Of a stretch of DNA of 43,777 bases, positions 1 to 10,670 are shown piece after piece; the stretch's first letter is position 1, and each line of letters begins with the position of its first letter. Below the pieces are notes generated by a model. It saw only the letters and a program-made list of their open reading frames with translations, was not told the origin of the DNA and searched no databases. The stretch spans positions 1-43,777 of the forward strand of contig JAQUKH010000024.1 of assembly GCA_028719205.1 (NCBI GenBank), in the 5' to 3' direction. This DNA is from a bacterium. GTDB lineage: Bacteria; JACRDZ01; JAQUKH01. The translations under genes were made by a program, and so were the position numbers.

Positions 1-1
1 T

Positions 2-406
2 GAACTGATTGAATTAAGCCTTCTGCTTCCGGGGGTAAAGAATTATAACGTGGCTGTCAGGGAGTGGAATGACGAAGTTGTTTTCCTTCACCAGATCGTG
101 CCGGGCGGAGCGGATAAAAGTTATGGGATACATGTAGCTCAGATCGCGGGGCTTCCGAAGGAAGTTTTGAAACGCGCCAAGGAGATCTTATTTGAACTGG
201 AAAAAAATAATATAAATGAGAGCGCGAAGATCTCAACGGAAAATAAGAATATTTCTAAAGAGCAGATGGACCTTTTCCTGAACATGGCGGATATAAATAA
301 TCCGATGATAGAAAAGATAAAGAATTTAGACATCAAGAACCTGACCCCGTTGGATGCGCTTAATTTTTTAAGTTTACTGCAGGATGACCTGAAAGATAAG
401 CAGTAG
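2..406 (+). CDS. mutS: DNA mismatch repair protein MutS, C-terminal fragment (gene starts before the window)
   Basis: Frame open from base 2: [40 protein letters not shown]...RAKEIL and C-terminal [15 protein letters not shown], both typical of MutS1. Confidence 0.95.
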   Translation, partial: ELIELSLLLPGVKNYNVAVREWNDEVVFLHQIVPGGADKSYGIHVAQIAGLPKEVLKRAKEILFELEKNNINESAKISTENKNISKEQMDLFLNMADINNPMIEKIKNLDIKNLTPLDALNFLSLLQDDLKDKQ

Positions 407-412
407 ATATGT

Positions 413-1021
413 TTATCTGAAATGGTAACCAAGCCCTGCTGCGTATGATAATGCCCCCACATTCACGCTTTGAGAAAGGACCGTTGAAGTTACAACGCTT
501 TTTTCAACTGTGCCGAAAACCACAAAAGAAGTATTGCCTAAAGGGATCTGGATGTCCGCTCCAAAATATGGGCCGAATCTGGTCTGGCTGGCGGATCTTT
601 TACCGGATGAAGACGCTGTTGAAACCGAGTTATAAGATACAGGTGCGATCGTTCCTCCAAGCCTGAAACCTAATAACGGGCCTGATTTGTTTGAACTTAA
701 AGGTATTTGATATTGGGTAAAAATAGAAAAATTGCTGATATTCCATTCATTGGATGTTGTCCCTGAAGAATCTGAAACATATTTTGTAATACTATAACCG
801 CTGAGAGCTAATCCGTACCCAAAACCATATCCCGCGCCAATATTCCAATAAATATAAGGCGCGTTTGTGTTTTCACCGTCAGGCGCGATCAGGCTATTAA
901 TACCTGAATTAGAAGGTAATACAATTTTTCCATATCCAATTCCAAATATACTTTCAGCATAAATGTTGACTTTAAAGAACAAAAAGACTAAAACAGCAAA
1001 ACAAAATAAATATTTTTTCAT
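413..1021 (-). CDS. Secreted protein, probable small outer-membrane beta-barrel
   Basis: Signal peptide MKKYLFCFAVLVFLFF..YA; alternating Gly/aromatic strands; C-terminal YAAGLGYHFR resembles a beta-signal. Confidence 0.6.
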   Translation of the reverse strand: MKKYLFCFAVLVFLFFKVNIYAESIFGIGYGKIVLPSNSGINSLIAPDGENTNAPYIYWNIGAGYGFGYGLALSGYSITKYVSDSSGTTSNEWNISNFSIFTQYQIPLSSNKSGPLLGFRLGGTIAPVSYNSVSTASSSGKRSASQTRFGPYFGADIQIPLGNTSFVVFGTVEKSVVTSTVLSQSVNVGALSYAAGLGYHFR

Positions 1022-1044
1022 AATTAAAAATATTACACAGGGCT

Positions 1045-1473
1045 CTAATAGTTAGGCCTGAAATGGCTGCCCGTGCTCGATATATCTACGACTTTTTTAG
1101 CTATTACAAATTTCAGGTTTTTTGCTATATCATTCGCTGTTATTATACCAACGATCTTATTGTTTTCTGTCAGGACCAGCCTTCTTATTTTTTTAGCCGC
1201 CAGGATATTACTCGCATCCAGAATATCAGTCTCAGAATCAACAGTTATAAGCGGGGCATTCATAATATCTTTAATAGTTACCCTGTCGGCGTTTAAACGT
1301 TTTGCTACTACTTTTCTCAAAATGTCTCTTTCTGTCACCATGCCGGTAACTTTGCCTTTTTCCTCAACCAGGACCGAGCCTATTACTTTTTGATCCATAA
1401 TACCGGCCGCATCAGCAATAACTGTATTCGAAGGGAGTTTTGTAACATCTTTCATTATTTCTTTAACTTTCAT
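1045..1473 (-). CDS. CBS-domain pair protein
   Basis: GMVTERDILRKVV and KIRRLVLTENNKIVGIITANDI CBS motifs; AAGGAGG RBS upstream. Confidence 0.9.
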   Translation of the reverse strand: MKVKEIMKDVTKLPSNTVIADAAGIMDQKVIGSVLVEEKGKVTGMVTERDILRKVVAKRLNADRVTIKDIMNAPLITVDSETDILDASNILAAKKIRRLVLTENNKIVGIITANDIAKNLKFVIAKKVVDISSTGSHFRPNY

Positions 1474-1493
1474 TTTAGTTCCTCCTTAATTTG

Positions 1494-1521
1494 ATTATAT
1501 AATTAAATTATTCGATGTCAA
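1494..1521 (-). promoter_or_regulatory. Sigma-70-type promoter for the CBS gene
   Basis: Minus strand TTGACA-N16-TATAAT just upstream of the RBS. Confidence 0.65.
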
Positions 1522-1595
1522 TGAAAATAATTTTTTGAATGTTGGAATTTTCGGATTCGGGTTATAATATGGCAAATATATTAACAGGGGATAAA

Positions 1596-2222
1596 ATGTT
1601 TCTTGAGAAAATAGTCGTTGGGCAATTAGAGGCAAATTGTTATATTTTTGGTGACGATAAGACCAGAGAGGTTGTTGTTATCGATCCGGGCGGGAACGCT
1701 GTAGAAATAATTGAAGTGATCAAAACCAACAAATTAAGGGTTTTGGCGATCATTAATACTCATGGGCATATTGACCATACCTTCGACAATAAGGCGCTGA
1801 AGGAATATTCAAAATGCCCTCTTTTAATACACGAAGATGACCGCGAAATGCTAACCTCAAGTTTCCAAAATCTATCTGATTTTTTAGGATATGAGATCAG
1901 CGTGATCCCGCCGGATAGATTGTTAAAGGATAATGAAATAATCAAGGTTGGTTCTTTTGAATTAAAAGTAATCCATACCCCCGGACACACACCGGGATGT
2001 ATTTCATTAGAATGTGTGGGAAAAGAGATAATTTTCACGGGAGATACGCTTTTCGCCGGAGGTATAGGCAGGACAGACCTGCCTGGCGGGTCGGGAGAAA
2101 AAATAATATCCTCTATAAACAAAAGGCTGCTTATTTATTCCGATAATACAATTATCTATCCAGGACACGGCCCGTCATCAACCATCGGAAAAGAGAAAAA
2201 ATATAATCCGTTCCTGAAATAA
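1596..2222 (+). CDS. MBL-fold metallo-hydrolase (glyoxalase II/YcbL-like)
   Basis: THGHIDH, HTPGHTPG, FTGDTLF and PGHG motifs; start moved to ATG 1596 behind AGGGG. Confidence 0.9.
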   Translation: MFLEKIVVGQLEANCYIFGDDKTREVVVIDPGGNAVEIIEVIKTNKLRVLAIINTHGHIDHTFDNKALKEYSKCPLLIHEDDREMLTSSFQNLSDFLGYEISVIPPDRLLKDNEIIKVGSFELKVIHTPGHTPGCISLECVGKEIIFTGDTLFAGGIGRTDLPGGSGEKIISSINKRLLIYSDNTIIYPGHGPSSTIGKEKKYNPFLK

Positions 2223-2241
2223 TTCAGTAATAAGAATAGGA

Positions 2242-2646
2242 TTATTTCTGGTTTTTTAGAATATCCCTTATTTCTTTTAATAATAACTCTTCATTTGTCG
2301 GCTGAGGCGGTGCCGCGGGGGCTTGCGCCTGTTTTCTTTTCATGCCGGATATAATTCTGACCATCATAAAAATAGCGAACGCGACGATAATAAAATCAAT
2401 AACGGTATTGATAAATACACCGTATCTCAACGCTACCGCGGGTTTTGTTTCTTCGGCTTTTTTAAGCGTTACCATAAGATTGCTGAAATCCACGCCTCCC
2501 ATGGCAAGGCCGATAGGCGGCATAATTACATCCGTGACCAAAGAAGAAATGATCTTACCAAAGGCACCGCCGATGATTATACCTACCGCCATGTCAAGTA
2601 CGTTACCACGCATAGCAAAATCTTTAAAATCCTTTAGCATTGGCAT
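2242..2646 (-). CDS. mscL: Large-conductance mechanosensitive channel MscL
   Basis: [37 protein letters not shown] and C-terminal LLKEIRDIL. Confidence 0.97.
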   Translation of the reverse strand: MPMLKDFKDFAMRGNVLDMAVGIIIGGAFGKIISSLVTDVIMPPIGLAMGGVDFSNLMVTLKKAEETKPAVALRYGVFINTVIDFIIVAFAIFMMVRIISGMKRKQAQAPAAPPQPTNEELLLKEIRDILKNQK

Positions 2647-2684
2647 ATAATTCCCCCATATGTTTATTAAACAAAAACAATTAA

Positions 2685-3410
2685 TTAAAAAGAAAGCATT
2701 AACGCTGTTGCTGTCAGAACATCGGTTTTACTTTTTCCAGTGACCGGCAGATTAGCAAATTTGTAACTTACGCCTGTGTTTAATGAAAGGTTTTCTTTTA
2801 ATTTCGCTGAAATAGAAAGTTCCCCGTTTGAGCGCCAGTTTTCGCTGTCAGAAAAATCATATAAATAGTCAGCGGAGGTATTAAGCAAAGTCATTTCTGT
2901 GAAATTGTGAAGGTATCCGAGAAAATAACGGCCCGAAGTAAAATCTTTACTCTCAACATCAATTCTTTTTTCTGATTTAAAATCAATACCCAATTCAGTT
3001 TTAAGTTCGTCTTTACTTGTCTTTATTAAACTATATCCGAGGCCTCCCTGGGCGTTATAACGATAATTGAAACCGGCATATTTATCAGATTCGGTTCCCA
3101 ATATATCATATAGATATAATTTACCTGAAATGGAGAATTCTTCTTTTATTTTAACTAACCAGTTATTTGCTGTTTCCTCCCCGGATGTTTTAGCGTTAAA
3201 ATAACCTGTATTTAAAATAAATTTAAATTTGGGATTTTCTTTTATAGTTTCGGTTTTTAATCCGAGGCTTTGAGTTCTTGTATTCCCGCTTGTCGTTAAA
3301 AGAGAAAACTCCATGTTGTTTTTCCAGGCGGTATCCGCTGCCGACAAGTCAGCGCATACAAAAAATAACAGCGTGACTAAGGAAAATAACAGGATAAAAT
3401 AATATTTCAT
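2685..3410 (-). CDS. DUF481/YdiY-like outer-membrane beta-barrel
   Basis: Signal peptide; W...[18 protein letters not shown]; terminal Phe (ALMLSF). Confidence 0.75.
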   Translation of the reverse strand: MKYYFILLFSLVTLLFFVCADLSAADTAWKNNMEFSLLTTSGNTRTQSLGLKTETIKENPKFKFILNTGYFNAKTSGEETANNWLVKIKEEFSISGKLYLYDILGTESDKYAGFNYRYNAQGGLGYSLIKTSKDELKTELGIDFKSEKRIDVESKDFTSGRYFLGYLHNFTEMTLLNTSADYLYDFSDSENWRSNGELSISAKLKENLSLNTGVSYKFANLPVTGKSKTDVLTATALMLSF

Positions 3411-3555
3411 ACATCCTCCTTTTCTAAGTTTATAGATTGATTATACCAATTAATGATTATTTATAAAATACTTATTTCTACTTTTTATTGATTTTTACCC
3501 TGTCGGCCTTTTGAAATATAAAGAATTAAAACCTGTATTTTATTATGTTTATTTT

Positions 3556-3564
3556 TGTTATAAT
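3556..3564 (+). promoter_or_regulatory. Extended -10 promoter element for uvrA
   Basis: TGTTATAAT (TGn-TATAAT) ending 9 nt before ATG 3574. Confidence 0.55.
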
Positions 3565-3573
3565 ATATTCAAT

Positions 3574-6381
3574 ATGAATAACGAAAAAATTATAATTAAA
3601 GGCGCGAAAGAACATAACCTGAAAAATATTGACCTTGAAATCCCGAGGAATAAGTTTACAGTTTTCACTGGGCTTAGCGGCTCGGGTAAATCTTCGCTCG
3701 CGTTCGATACGATTTACGCGGAAGGAAGAAGACGCTATATCGAATCACTTTCAGCTTACGCGCGCCAATTCCTGGGGCAGATCGAAAAGCCTGATGTTGA
3801 ATATATCGAGGGGCTTTCTCCCGCTATTGCCATCGAACAGAAAACGATCAGTAAGAATCCGCGCTCCACGGTCGGGACCATAACCGAGATTTATGATTAT
3901 TTCCGCCTGTTATACAGCCGTATAGGCGTGCCCTACTGCTATAAATGCGGAAAGAAGATTGAGAGGCAGACCGCGCAGGAGATCGTGGATCAGATATTAT
4001 TATTAAAAGAAAAAACAAAGGTTGAAATCATGGCGCCTTTGATCAGGGGGCAAAAGGGCGAATATCAGAAATTATTCAAACAGCTTGAGAAAGACGGATT
4101 TATCAGGGTGCGTGTAGACGGGAATGTCTTTGAAGTAAATGAAGAGATCAAGATGGATAAGAATAAAAAACATCATATTGAGGCTGTGGTTGACAGGCTG
4201 GTGATCTCTTCAGGCATACAAAAAAGATTAACGGATTCAGTTGAGACCGCGTTGAAAATGGGGCAGGGCCTGGTGCTGGTTTCTTATAACGGAAAAAATG
4301 AGATCTTCAGCGAGACTTATTCCTGCAGTAAATGCGGCATAAACCTGGTTGAAATGTCCCCGAGGATGTTCTCCTTCAACAGCCCGTTTGGGGCATGTCC
4401 CGAGTGCTCGGGACTCGGCACAAAAATGGAATTAGACCCTGACCTGGTTGTTCCGGATAAGAGTAAATCTATTTTCGCGGGCTGTATAGAACCCTGGTCG
4501 AGCGAATCATCCTATTATTACAGCCAGATAATGGAAAATCTCAGCCGTCATTTTAATTTTAAACTGAACACGCCATGGAAGGACCTGGACCCTAAGATCA
4601 GGCATATGATCCTGTACGGGAGCGGCGATGAAATAATAAGTTTTGAATATCACGGGAGTTCCGGTTCCCGAAATTATAAAAGCAGTTTTGAGGGGGTTAT
4701 AAAAAATCTGGAAAGAAGGTTCAAGGAGACTAAATCCGATTACATCCGTGACTGGATAGGTGAATATATGGCGAGCCGCAATTGCCCGGCATGCAAAGGT
4801 AACCGTTTGAAACCGGAGGTCTTGGCAATAAAGATCGAGGATAGGAATATCATTGAATTATGCTCTTATTCCATAAAAGAGTTAATAAAGTTCTTTAATG
4901 GTTTATCTTTATCCGAAAAGGACCGGTTTATCGGTCAGAGGATATTGAAGGAGATAAAGGCAAGACTCGCGTTTTTATCAAATGTCGGCCTTGATTATTT
5001 AACGCTTAACAGGAACGCCGGAACGCTTTCAGGGGGAGAGGCCCAGAGAATCCGTCTTGCTACACAGATCGGCTCGGGGCTTGTTGGTGTGCTTTATGTC
5101 CTGGATGAACCGAGCATAGGTCTTCACGCGAGGGACAATGACAGGCTGATCGAATCACTGATAAAATTAAGGGACATGGGAAATACGCTTATCGTCGTGG
5201 AACATGATGAGAAGACTATCAGGACGGCGGATTTTATTGTTGACCTGGGGCCGGGCGCGGGCGTTAACGGCGGAGAGGTGATAGTTGCCGGGACAATAAA
5301 GGATATTATTGCCTGTGGTAAATCCCTGACCGGCCAGTATTTAAGAAAAGAAAAAGAAATTGAAATTCCCTCTATGCGCAGAAAAGCGAAAGGGAAATTT
5401 TTAAAATTCCACGATGTGCGGCATAATAATTTGAAAAATATTGATGTTGAAATTCCGCTGGGTTTATTTGTTTGTGTTACCGGAGTCTCCGGCTCGGGAA
5501 AAAGCAGTCTGGTAGAAGAGACAATTTATCCAGCCCTGACTTCTCACTTTTTTCATTCCGGTAAGTTCAGCGGTGTTAAATCCATTCATGGCCTGGAAAA
5601 CATTGATAAGGTAATTGATATCGACCAGTCGCCGATAGGAAGAACGCCGCGCTCAAATCCCGCGACATACACGGGATTGTTCGCGCCCGTCAGGGAAATA
5701 TTCGCGCTTTTACCGGATTCAAAGGTGCGCGGTTATAAAGCAGGAAGGTTCAGCTTTAACGTTAAGGGCGGCCGTTGTGAAGCGTGCGAGGGTGACGGTA
5801 TAATCCGCATAGGGATGTATTTTCTTCCTGATGTTTATGTGCCCTGCGAGGTATGCCAGGGAAAACGGTATAACCGGGAAACACTGGAAATAAGGTACAA
5901 AGGCAAAAATATCTATGAGATCCTTGAAATGAGCGTTGATGAAGCCCTCCCGTTTTTTAAAAATATTCCCGCGGTAAACAGGATCTTGCAGACCATTTAT
6001 GATGTCGGCCTTGGATATATTAAACTGGGACAGCCCGCTACCACACTTTCCGGCGGCGAGGCGCAGAGAATAAAATTATCAAGCGAGCTTTCCAAAAGGG
6101 CGACAGGTAAAACGCTTTACCTTCTGGATGAGCCTACCACAGGGCTTCACTTTGATGATGTTAAGAAACTGCTTGAAGTTTTAAACCGGCTTGTGGATTC
6201 TGGAAATACGGTTTTACTGATAGAACATAACCTTGATGTTATTAAAACCGCGGATCATATTATTGATCTCGGCCCCGAGGGCGGCGATGAAGGCGGCTAT
6301 ATTGTCGCGGAAGGCACGCCTGAGGAAATCATAAAAATAAGAAATTCTTATACGGGCCGTTCCTTGAAGGAAATTTTGTAG
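3574..6381 (+). CDS. uvrA: Excinuclease ABC subunit A
   Basis: [15 protein letters not shown] start; two Walker A motifs ([18 protein letters not shown]); LSGGEAQRI twice; CxxC zinc fingers; ATG 3574 preferred over TTG 3511. Confidence 0.98.
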   Translation: MNNEKIIIKGAKEHNLKNIDLEIPRNKFTVFTGLSGSGKSSLAFDTIYAEGRRRYIESLSAYARQFLGQIEKPDVEYIEGLSPAIAIEQKTISKNPRSTVGTITEIYDYFRLLYSRIGVPYCYKCGKKIERQTAQEIVDQILLLKEKTKVEIMAPLIRGQKGEYQKLFKQLEKDGFIRVRVDGNVFEVNEEIKMDKNKKHHIEAVVDRLVISSGIQKRLTDSVETALKMGQGLVLVSYNGKNEIFSETYSCSKCGINLVEMSPRMFSFNSPFGACPECSGLGTKMELDPDLVVPDKSKSIFAGCIEPWSSESSYYYSQIMENLSRHFNFKLNTPWKDLDPKIRHMILYGSGDEIISFEYHGSSGSRNYKSSFEGVIKNLERRFKETKSDYIRDWIGEYMASRNCPACKGNRLKPEVLAIKIEDRNIIELCSYSIKELIKFFNGLSLSEKDRFIGQRILKEIKARLAFLSNVGLDYLTLNRNAGTLSGGEAQRIRLATQIGSGLVGVLYVLDEPSIGLHARDNDRLIESLIKLRDMGNTLIVVEHDEKTIRTADFIVDLGPGAGVNGGEVIVAGTIKDIIACGKSLTGQYLRKEKEIEIPSMRRKAKGKFLKFHDVRHNNLKNIDVEIPLGLFVCVTGVSGSGKSSLVEETIYPALTSHFFHSGKFSGVKSIHGLENIDKVIDIDQSPIGRTPRSNPATYTGLFAPVREIFALLPDSKVRGYKAGRFSFNVKGGRCEACEGDGIIRIGMYFLPDVYVPCEVCQGKRYNRETLEIRYKGKNIYEILEMSVDEALPFFKNIPAVNRILQTIYDVGLGYIKLGQPATTLSGGEAQRIKLSSELSKRATGKTLYLLDEPTTGLHFDDVKKLLEVLNRLVDSGNTVLLIEHNLDVIKTADHIIDLGPEGGDEGGYIVAEGTPEEIIKIRNSYTGRSLKEIL

Positions 6382-6453
6382 TATGTTAAGATCAGTAAAT
6401 TGATAAAAGTAATATTTTATGCTGCCATTTACGTTTTTATAAGAGAGATATAA

Positions 6454-9400
6454 ATGCGAAAAAAATTTACTTCAGTAATGTTAGTTTTATTTCTAACTCC
6501 TGTTTATACAGTAATATTTATTTCTTCTTTATCAAGCCAAAATACTCCAGATGAATATAAAAAAGGCGAATTGATCGTAAAATTCAAGCCAGAAACAGAT
6601 AATTCGGTGGTACAAAAATCTTTATATCGTAACGCTATGAGTGTCAAAAAATCTTTTAATAATATTCCGGTGAAAATTGTGAAAATAGAATCCGGATTGA
6701 CTGTAGAAAAGGCAATCAAAAACCTTGAAAATGATCCGAATGTGGAATACGCGGAACCTAATTTTATTTTGCACGGTTCAACTGTCGTGCCGAACGATCA
6801 GCAATTTGGTAAATTATGGGGATTAAATAATACAGGGCAAAATGAGGGAATAGCAGACGCGGATATTGATGCCCCTGAAGCCTGGGATATAACTACAGGC
6901 AGCGGCAATGCCGTAGTCGCGGTGATTGACAGCGGTATAGACTATACACATGAGGACCTTAAGAAAAATGTTTGGGCCAACCCGGGAGAAATTGCGGATA
7001 ACGGTATTGATGATGATGGAAACGGCGTAATAGATGATGTCCATGGTTATAACGCGGCAAGAAATAACGGTGATCCGATGGATGATGCTGAACATGGTTC
7101 TCATGTTTCCGGTACTATAGGTTCATCGGGAAATAACGGAATAGGAATTTCAGGGATTAACTGGAAAGTGAAAATCATGGCTTTAAAATTTTTAGAACCT
7201 GTTGCAAATGGAAGCACAGAAGGGTTAACGAGCCATGCGATAGAATGCATAGATTATGTGTTAGATATGAAAAAAAGAGGTATTAATGTCAGGGTTATAA
7301 ATAACAGCTGGGGGAATGACAGCTATTCATTTTCACTTTATGATGCTATCTCAGCCCTGAAAGATGAAGGTATCTTATTTGTCGCGTCAGCGGGGAATGA
7401 CAATGTTGATGTTTCTTCTGACCCTCGTTATCCCGCGAGTTATAATCTGCAAAATATAATTTCAGTGGCTGCCACGGATAACAAAGATCAATTGGCGCAT
7501 TTCTCGAATTATGGATCAGTGGATGTGGATTTGGGAGCACCCGGAGTTGGTATTTTAAGCACTGTACCGGATGACAAATATGCTATATGGGACGGAACAT
7601 CCATGGCGGCGCCTCATGTTTCAGGAGTTGCCGCTTTGTTGTGGGACTTCAGGCCGGAGTTAAGTTATAACGCGATCAAAAGAATTCTATTAACAAGCGG
7701 AGATCCTGTTCCCGGTTTAAATGGGAAAACGGTAACCGGAAAAAGACTGAACGCGTATAATGCTTTGAGATCTCCTGTGCCTCCGACTGAGCCGCCGGTA
7801 GTAAGTATTGGGGATACGCAATATATACAAAATAAAGACATGCCCATATTTTTTGATGGCTCTTCTTCATATGATCCTGACGGAGACATAGTTTCATATG
7901 CATGGGATTTCGGGGATAGTACTAATATCACAGGGAGTGAATCTCAAATATCGCATGTTTACAATTTACCAGGGGAATTTAAGGGAAGTTTGACTGTTAT
8001 GGATGATGAGAACGCTGTTTCGAAGGTTGAATTTAATGTTAAGATCATTGATCATAAACTTGAACCTGCTTACGGATATAATAATACAACCACTATGCTG
8101 ACTGTTACTTCGACAGGCAATGATTTTGATGTCTCCTCTCAAATAAACATTAAAGCCTACAATTCCGGTATTATAGGAAGTATCAATACAACGGGTACTG
8201 GCCGTAGAATTTGGGTATCGGGAAACTACGTGTATGTTGCTCATTTTGACTTAGGATTACAAATTATAGATATAAGTGATCCGGTAAATCCGGTTTTAAA
8301 GGGAAGCTTTGGCTCATCGGGTTTAACGGTTAGAGGGGTTTATGTTTCAGGGAATTATGCGTATCTGGCTTGTTACGATGATGGATTTAAAATAGTGGAT
8401 ATAAGCGATCCAGCCAGCCCCGTTGAGGTGGGTAGTTTAAATCTTCTTAATATCAATGAAGAAGTTTTTGTGTCGGGTAACTACGCATATGTAGGGTATT
8501 TGTGTGGAGTAAAAGTGATAGATATAAGCAATCCTTATTTACCAGCCATAACAGGAAGTATTGATCTCCCCGGTTACGATGTCTGTGGGATATATGTATC
8601 CGGAAATTATGCGTATGCGGCAGTTAATACTTTATCGGCGGGGAGACTTGATATAATAGACATAAGTAATCCGGTAAACCCTGTTCTTACAGGAACTGTC
8701 GGGGTAGGCTCAGGAACCAGTGGAAGCAGTATTTGGAGCGCCGCTCCAAAGGGAGTTTATATATCCGGCGCTTATGCATATTTAGTGCATTCGATGGGAT
8801 TGCAGATAATCGATGTAATTGATCCCGGAAATCCCGCTATAACAGGGGGGATAAACACACCTGGTTCGGCTGAGGACGTGTATGTATCCGGTATTTACGC
8901 ATACATTGCAAATTCTACCGATGGATTACAAATAGTAGACATAAGCAACCCGGTAATGCCGGCTATAAAAGAAAGCGTTGATTTGCCCGGCTATACTAAC
9001 GGAGTTTATATTTCAGGCAATTATGTCTATGTAAGTAAAGGCTATCCCGGCGGATTACAGGTAATTAATAAAGCGAGCATAAATTCTTCATCTGAGCCGA
9101 CAATATTTGTAAATAACAACACCTTAACAAAAATTGTCCCGGCAGGTTTGACTGCGGATAAATACGATATTAAAATTAATGATTATACTTCAGGAAAGTT
9201 GTTATTTGCTGCCGGATTTACAGCTTTAAATCCTGGAGACACACCTCCTGCTCCGCCCGTTATAATATCTTTAGATCCAAATTATGATTCAGGGAAAGCT
9301 CCTTTTAATGTGAATTTTAAGGCAAATGCTTATGACCCTGATGGAACTATAATAAAATGCGAATGGGATTTTGACGGGAATGGTACTTATGATTTGGTTT

Positions 9401-9984
9401 CTTTATCCAATACCGTTTCTAATACTTATACAAAAGCCGGAACTTTTAACGCGAGGGTCAGGGTTACGGATAATGACAGTGTCTCAATTACATCGTATGC
9501 AAGAATTTCCTGTATCCTTAATAAACCTCCTTCAGTATTTTTAACCTCAAACACGGTTTTTGGTGAATTGCCGCTGGCGGTAGATTTTAAAGCTAACGCT
9601 TATGACCCTGATGGGACAATAGTAAAATACGAGTGGGATCTTGATGGAAATGGAATTTATGATTCAACTACTGTTACTAACGTCGTAAGCCATAGTTATA
9701 ATGGCCCTGCTAAATATAATCCTAAAGTAAGAGTGACCGACAATGATGGTGCTGTTACTGTAGCTTCGGCAGTTGTGAAATTTAAAACTAATATCAAAGG
9801 GAATATTGATTGTATTTCTCCCGGTTCGGAAAACAGAGTTGATGGATATGATTTGTACTTATTGAAGAGGGCGTTTGGGTCTAAAACAGGCGATCCCGAT
9901 TGGAAAGCGGCAGCGGATATAAATGATGATGCAATAGTTAATGGTGAGGACCTTATTTTGTTAGCGGCTGATTTCGGCAGGTAA
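6454..9984 (+). CDS. Secreted S8 (subtilisin-like) serine protease with PKD domains, 7 LVIVD repeats and a C-terminal dockerin-like domain
   Basis: Signal peptide; prodomain ..VEYAEPNF; catalytic VAVIDSG, HGSHVSG, GTSMAAPHVSG; PKD motifs (YAWDFGD, EWDFDGNG, EWDLDGNG); YVSGNYAY..GLQIIDISDP repeats; terminal ADINDDAIVNGEDLILLAADFG. Confidence 0.9.
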   Translation: MRKKFTSVMLVLFLTPVYTVIFISSLSSQNTPDEYKKGELIVKFKPETDNSVVQKSLYRNAMSVKKSFNNIPVKIVKIESGLTVEKAIKNLENDPNVEYAEPNFILHGSTVVPNDQQFGKLWGLNNTGQNEGIADADIDAPEAWDITTGSGNAVVAVIDSGIDYTHEDLKKNVWANPGEIADNGIDDDGNGVIDDVHGYNAARNNGDPMDDAEHGSHVSGTIGSSGNNGIGISGINWKVKIMALKFLEPVANGSTEGLTSHAIECIDYVLDMKKRGINVRVINNSWGNDSYSFSLYDAISALKDEGILFVASAGNDNVDVSSDPRYPASYNLQNIISVAATDNKDQLAHFSNYGSVDVDLGAPGVGILSTVPDDKYAIWDGTSMAAPHVSGVAALLWDFRPELSYNAIKRILLTSGDPVPGLNGKTVTGKRLNAYNALRSPVPPTEPPVVSIGDTQYIQNKDMPIFFDGSSSYDPDGDIVSYAWDFGDSTNITGSESQISHVYNLPGEFKGSLTVMDDENAVSKVEFNVKIIDHKLEPAYGYNNTTTMLTVTSTGNDFDVSSQINIKAYNSGIIGSINTTGTGRRIWVSGNYVYVAHFDLGLQIIDISDPVNPVLKGSFGSSGLTVRGVYVSGNYAYLACYDDGFKIVDISDPASPVEVGSLNLLNINEEVFVSGNYAYVGYLCGVKVIDISNPYLPAITGSIDLPGYDVCGIYVSGNYAYAAVNTLSAGRLDIIDISNPVNPVLTGTVGVGSGTSGSSIWSAAPKGVYISGAYAYLVHSMGLQIIDVIDPGNPAITGGINTPGSAEDVYVSGIYAYIANSTDGLQIVDISNPVMPAIKESVDLPGYTNGVYISGNYVYVSKGYPGGLQVINKASINSSSEPTIFVNNNTLTKIVPAGLTADKYDIKINDYTSGKLLFAAGFTALNPGDTPPAPPVIISLDPNYDSGKAPFNVNFKANAYDPDGTIIKCEWDFDGNGTYDLVSLSNTVSNTYTKAGTFNARVRVTDNDSVSITSYARISCILNKPPSVFLTSNTVFGELPLAVDFKANAYDPDGTIVKYEWDLDGNGIYDSTTVTNVVSHSYNGPAKYNPKVRVTDNDGAVTVASAVVKFKTNIKGNIDCISPGSENRVDGYDLYLLKRAFGSKTGDPDWKAAADINDDAIVNGEDLILLAADFGR
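8170..9072 (+). repeat. Seven divergent LVIVD-type repeats (one predicted 7-bladed beta-propeller) inside the S8 gene
   Basis: Seven units of pattern V(Y/W/F)(V/I)SGxY(A/V)Y...G(L/F/V)x(I/V)(I/V)DIS(D/N)P counted in the translation. Confidence 0.8.
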
Positions 9985-9996
9985 GGAGACCGGATA

Positions 9997-10569
9997 ATGA
10001 AAAAAATTAGAAAATTTTTACTGGGAATATTATTTGCGGCTAATTTATTTATCCCCCATGGCTGCAGCTGCGCCGGTAAGGGAAATGATACTACCGGTTC
10101 CAATCCTGTAGTACCAGCTATTTCTTTCAGGGCCTCAGGGGCACCTGCCAATAACTCAGTTTATATTGAGGCTATCTCATCCAATGCCGATGAAATAACT
10201 TTAGGCGTGAAAGTAAAAGGCGGGACTGATGTTTATGGAACGTCTTTGGAAATAGTATATGACCAAGACAAATTGTTTTATGATACCTATTCGGCGGAAG
10301 GGAATTATCTTGGAGTTAGCCCGGGAGATTGTTATGCTAAATTATATCAAAAACAGGGAGTATTGCTTGTCGGAATTTTTAAAACAGGAAATGTCCCGGG
10401 CACTGATGGTGATGGTTTATTGCTAACTCTTAATTTTAAGGCATTAAAAGCACAAGTCAACACCCCGATAGAGTTTAATACGTTACATTGTGTCCTAAAA
10501 TCTTCTAATAAAAATAATGACAATATCTCCGGAACGAATTGGCTTGGCGGAAGTTTAAGTTATGAGTAG
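9997..10569 (+). CDS. Exported (possibly lipoprotein) single cohesin-like domain protein
   Basis: Signal-like N-terminus ending ..PHGCSC (atypical lipobox); ITLGVKVKGGTDVYGTSLEIVYD..L, EGNYLG, GDGLLLTLNFKA..PIEF fit a cohesin beta-sandwich pattern; AAGGAG RBS; 12 nt after the S8 stop. Confidence 0.65.
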   Translation: MKKIRKFLLGILFAANLFIPHGCSCAGKGNDTTGSNPVVPAISFRASGAPANNSVYIEAISSNADEITLGVKVKGGTDVYGTSLEIVYDQDKLFYDTYSAEGNYLGVSPGDCYAKLYQKQGVLLVGIFKTGNVPGTDGDGLLLTLNFKALKAQVNTPIEFNTLHCVLKSSNKNNDNISGTNWLGGSLSYE

Positions 10570-10670
10570 CCTGCCGTAAATTTTGGAAAAATTAAAGAAA
10601 TCTATCCAATCGAACGAAAAATTATGATATCATTATCAAATATTAATTTTATTATTTTACAGGAGGTATT

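Noticed and set aside
3411-3573. LexA (SOS) box upstream of uvrA
   Set aside because: No CTGT-N8-ACAG or GAAC-N4-GTTC match is seen; a lineage-specific box cannot be excluded
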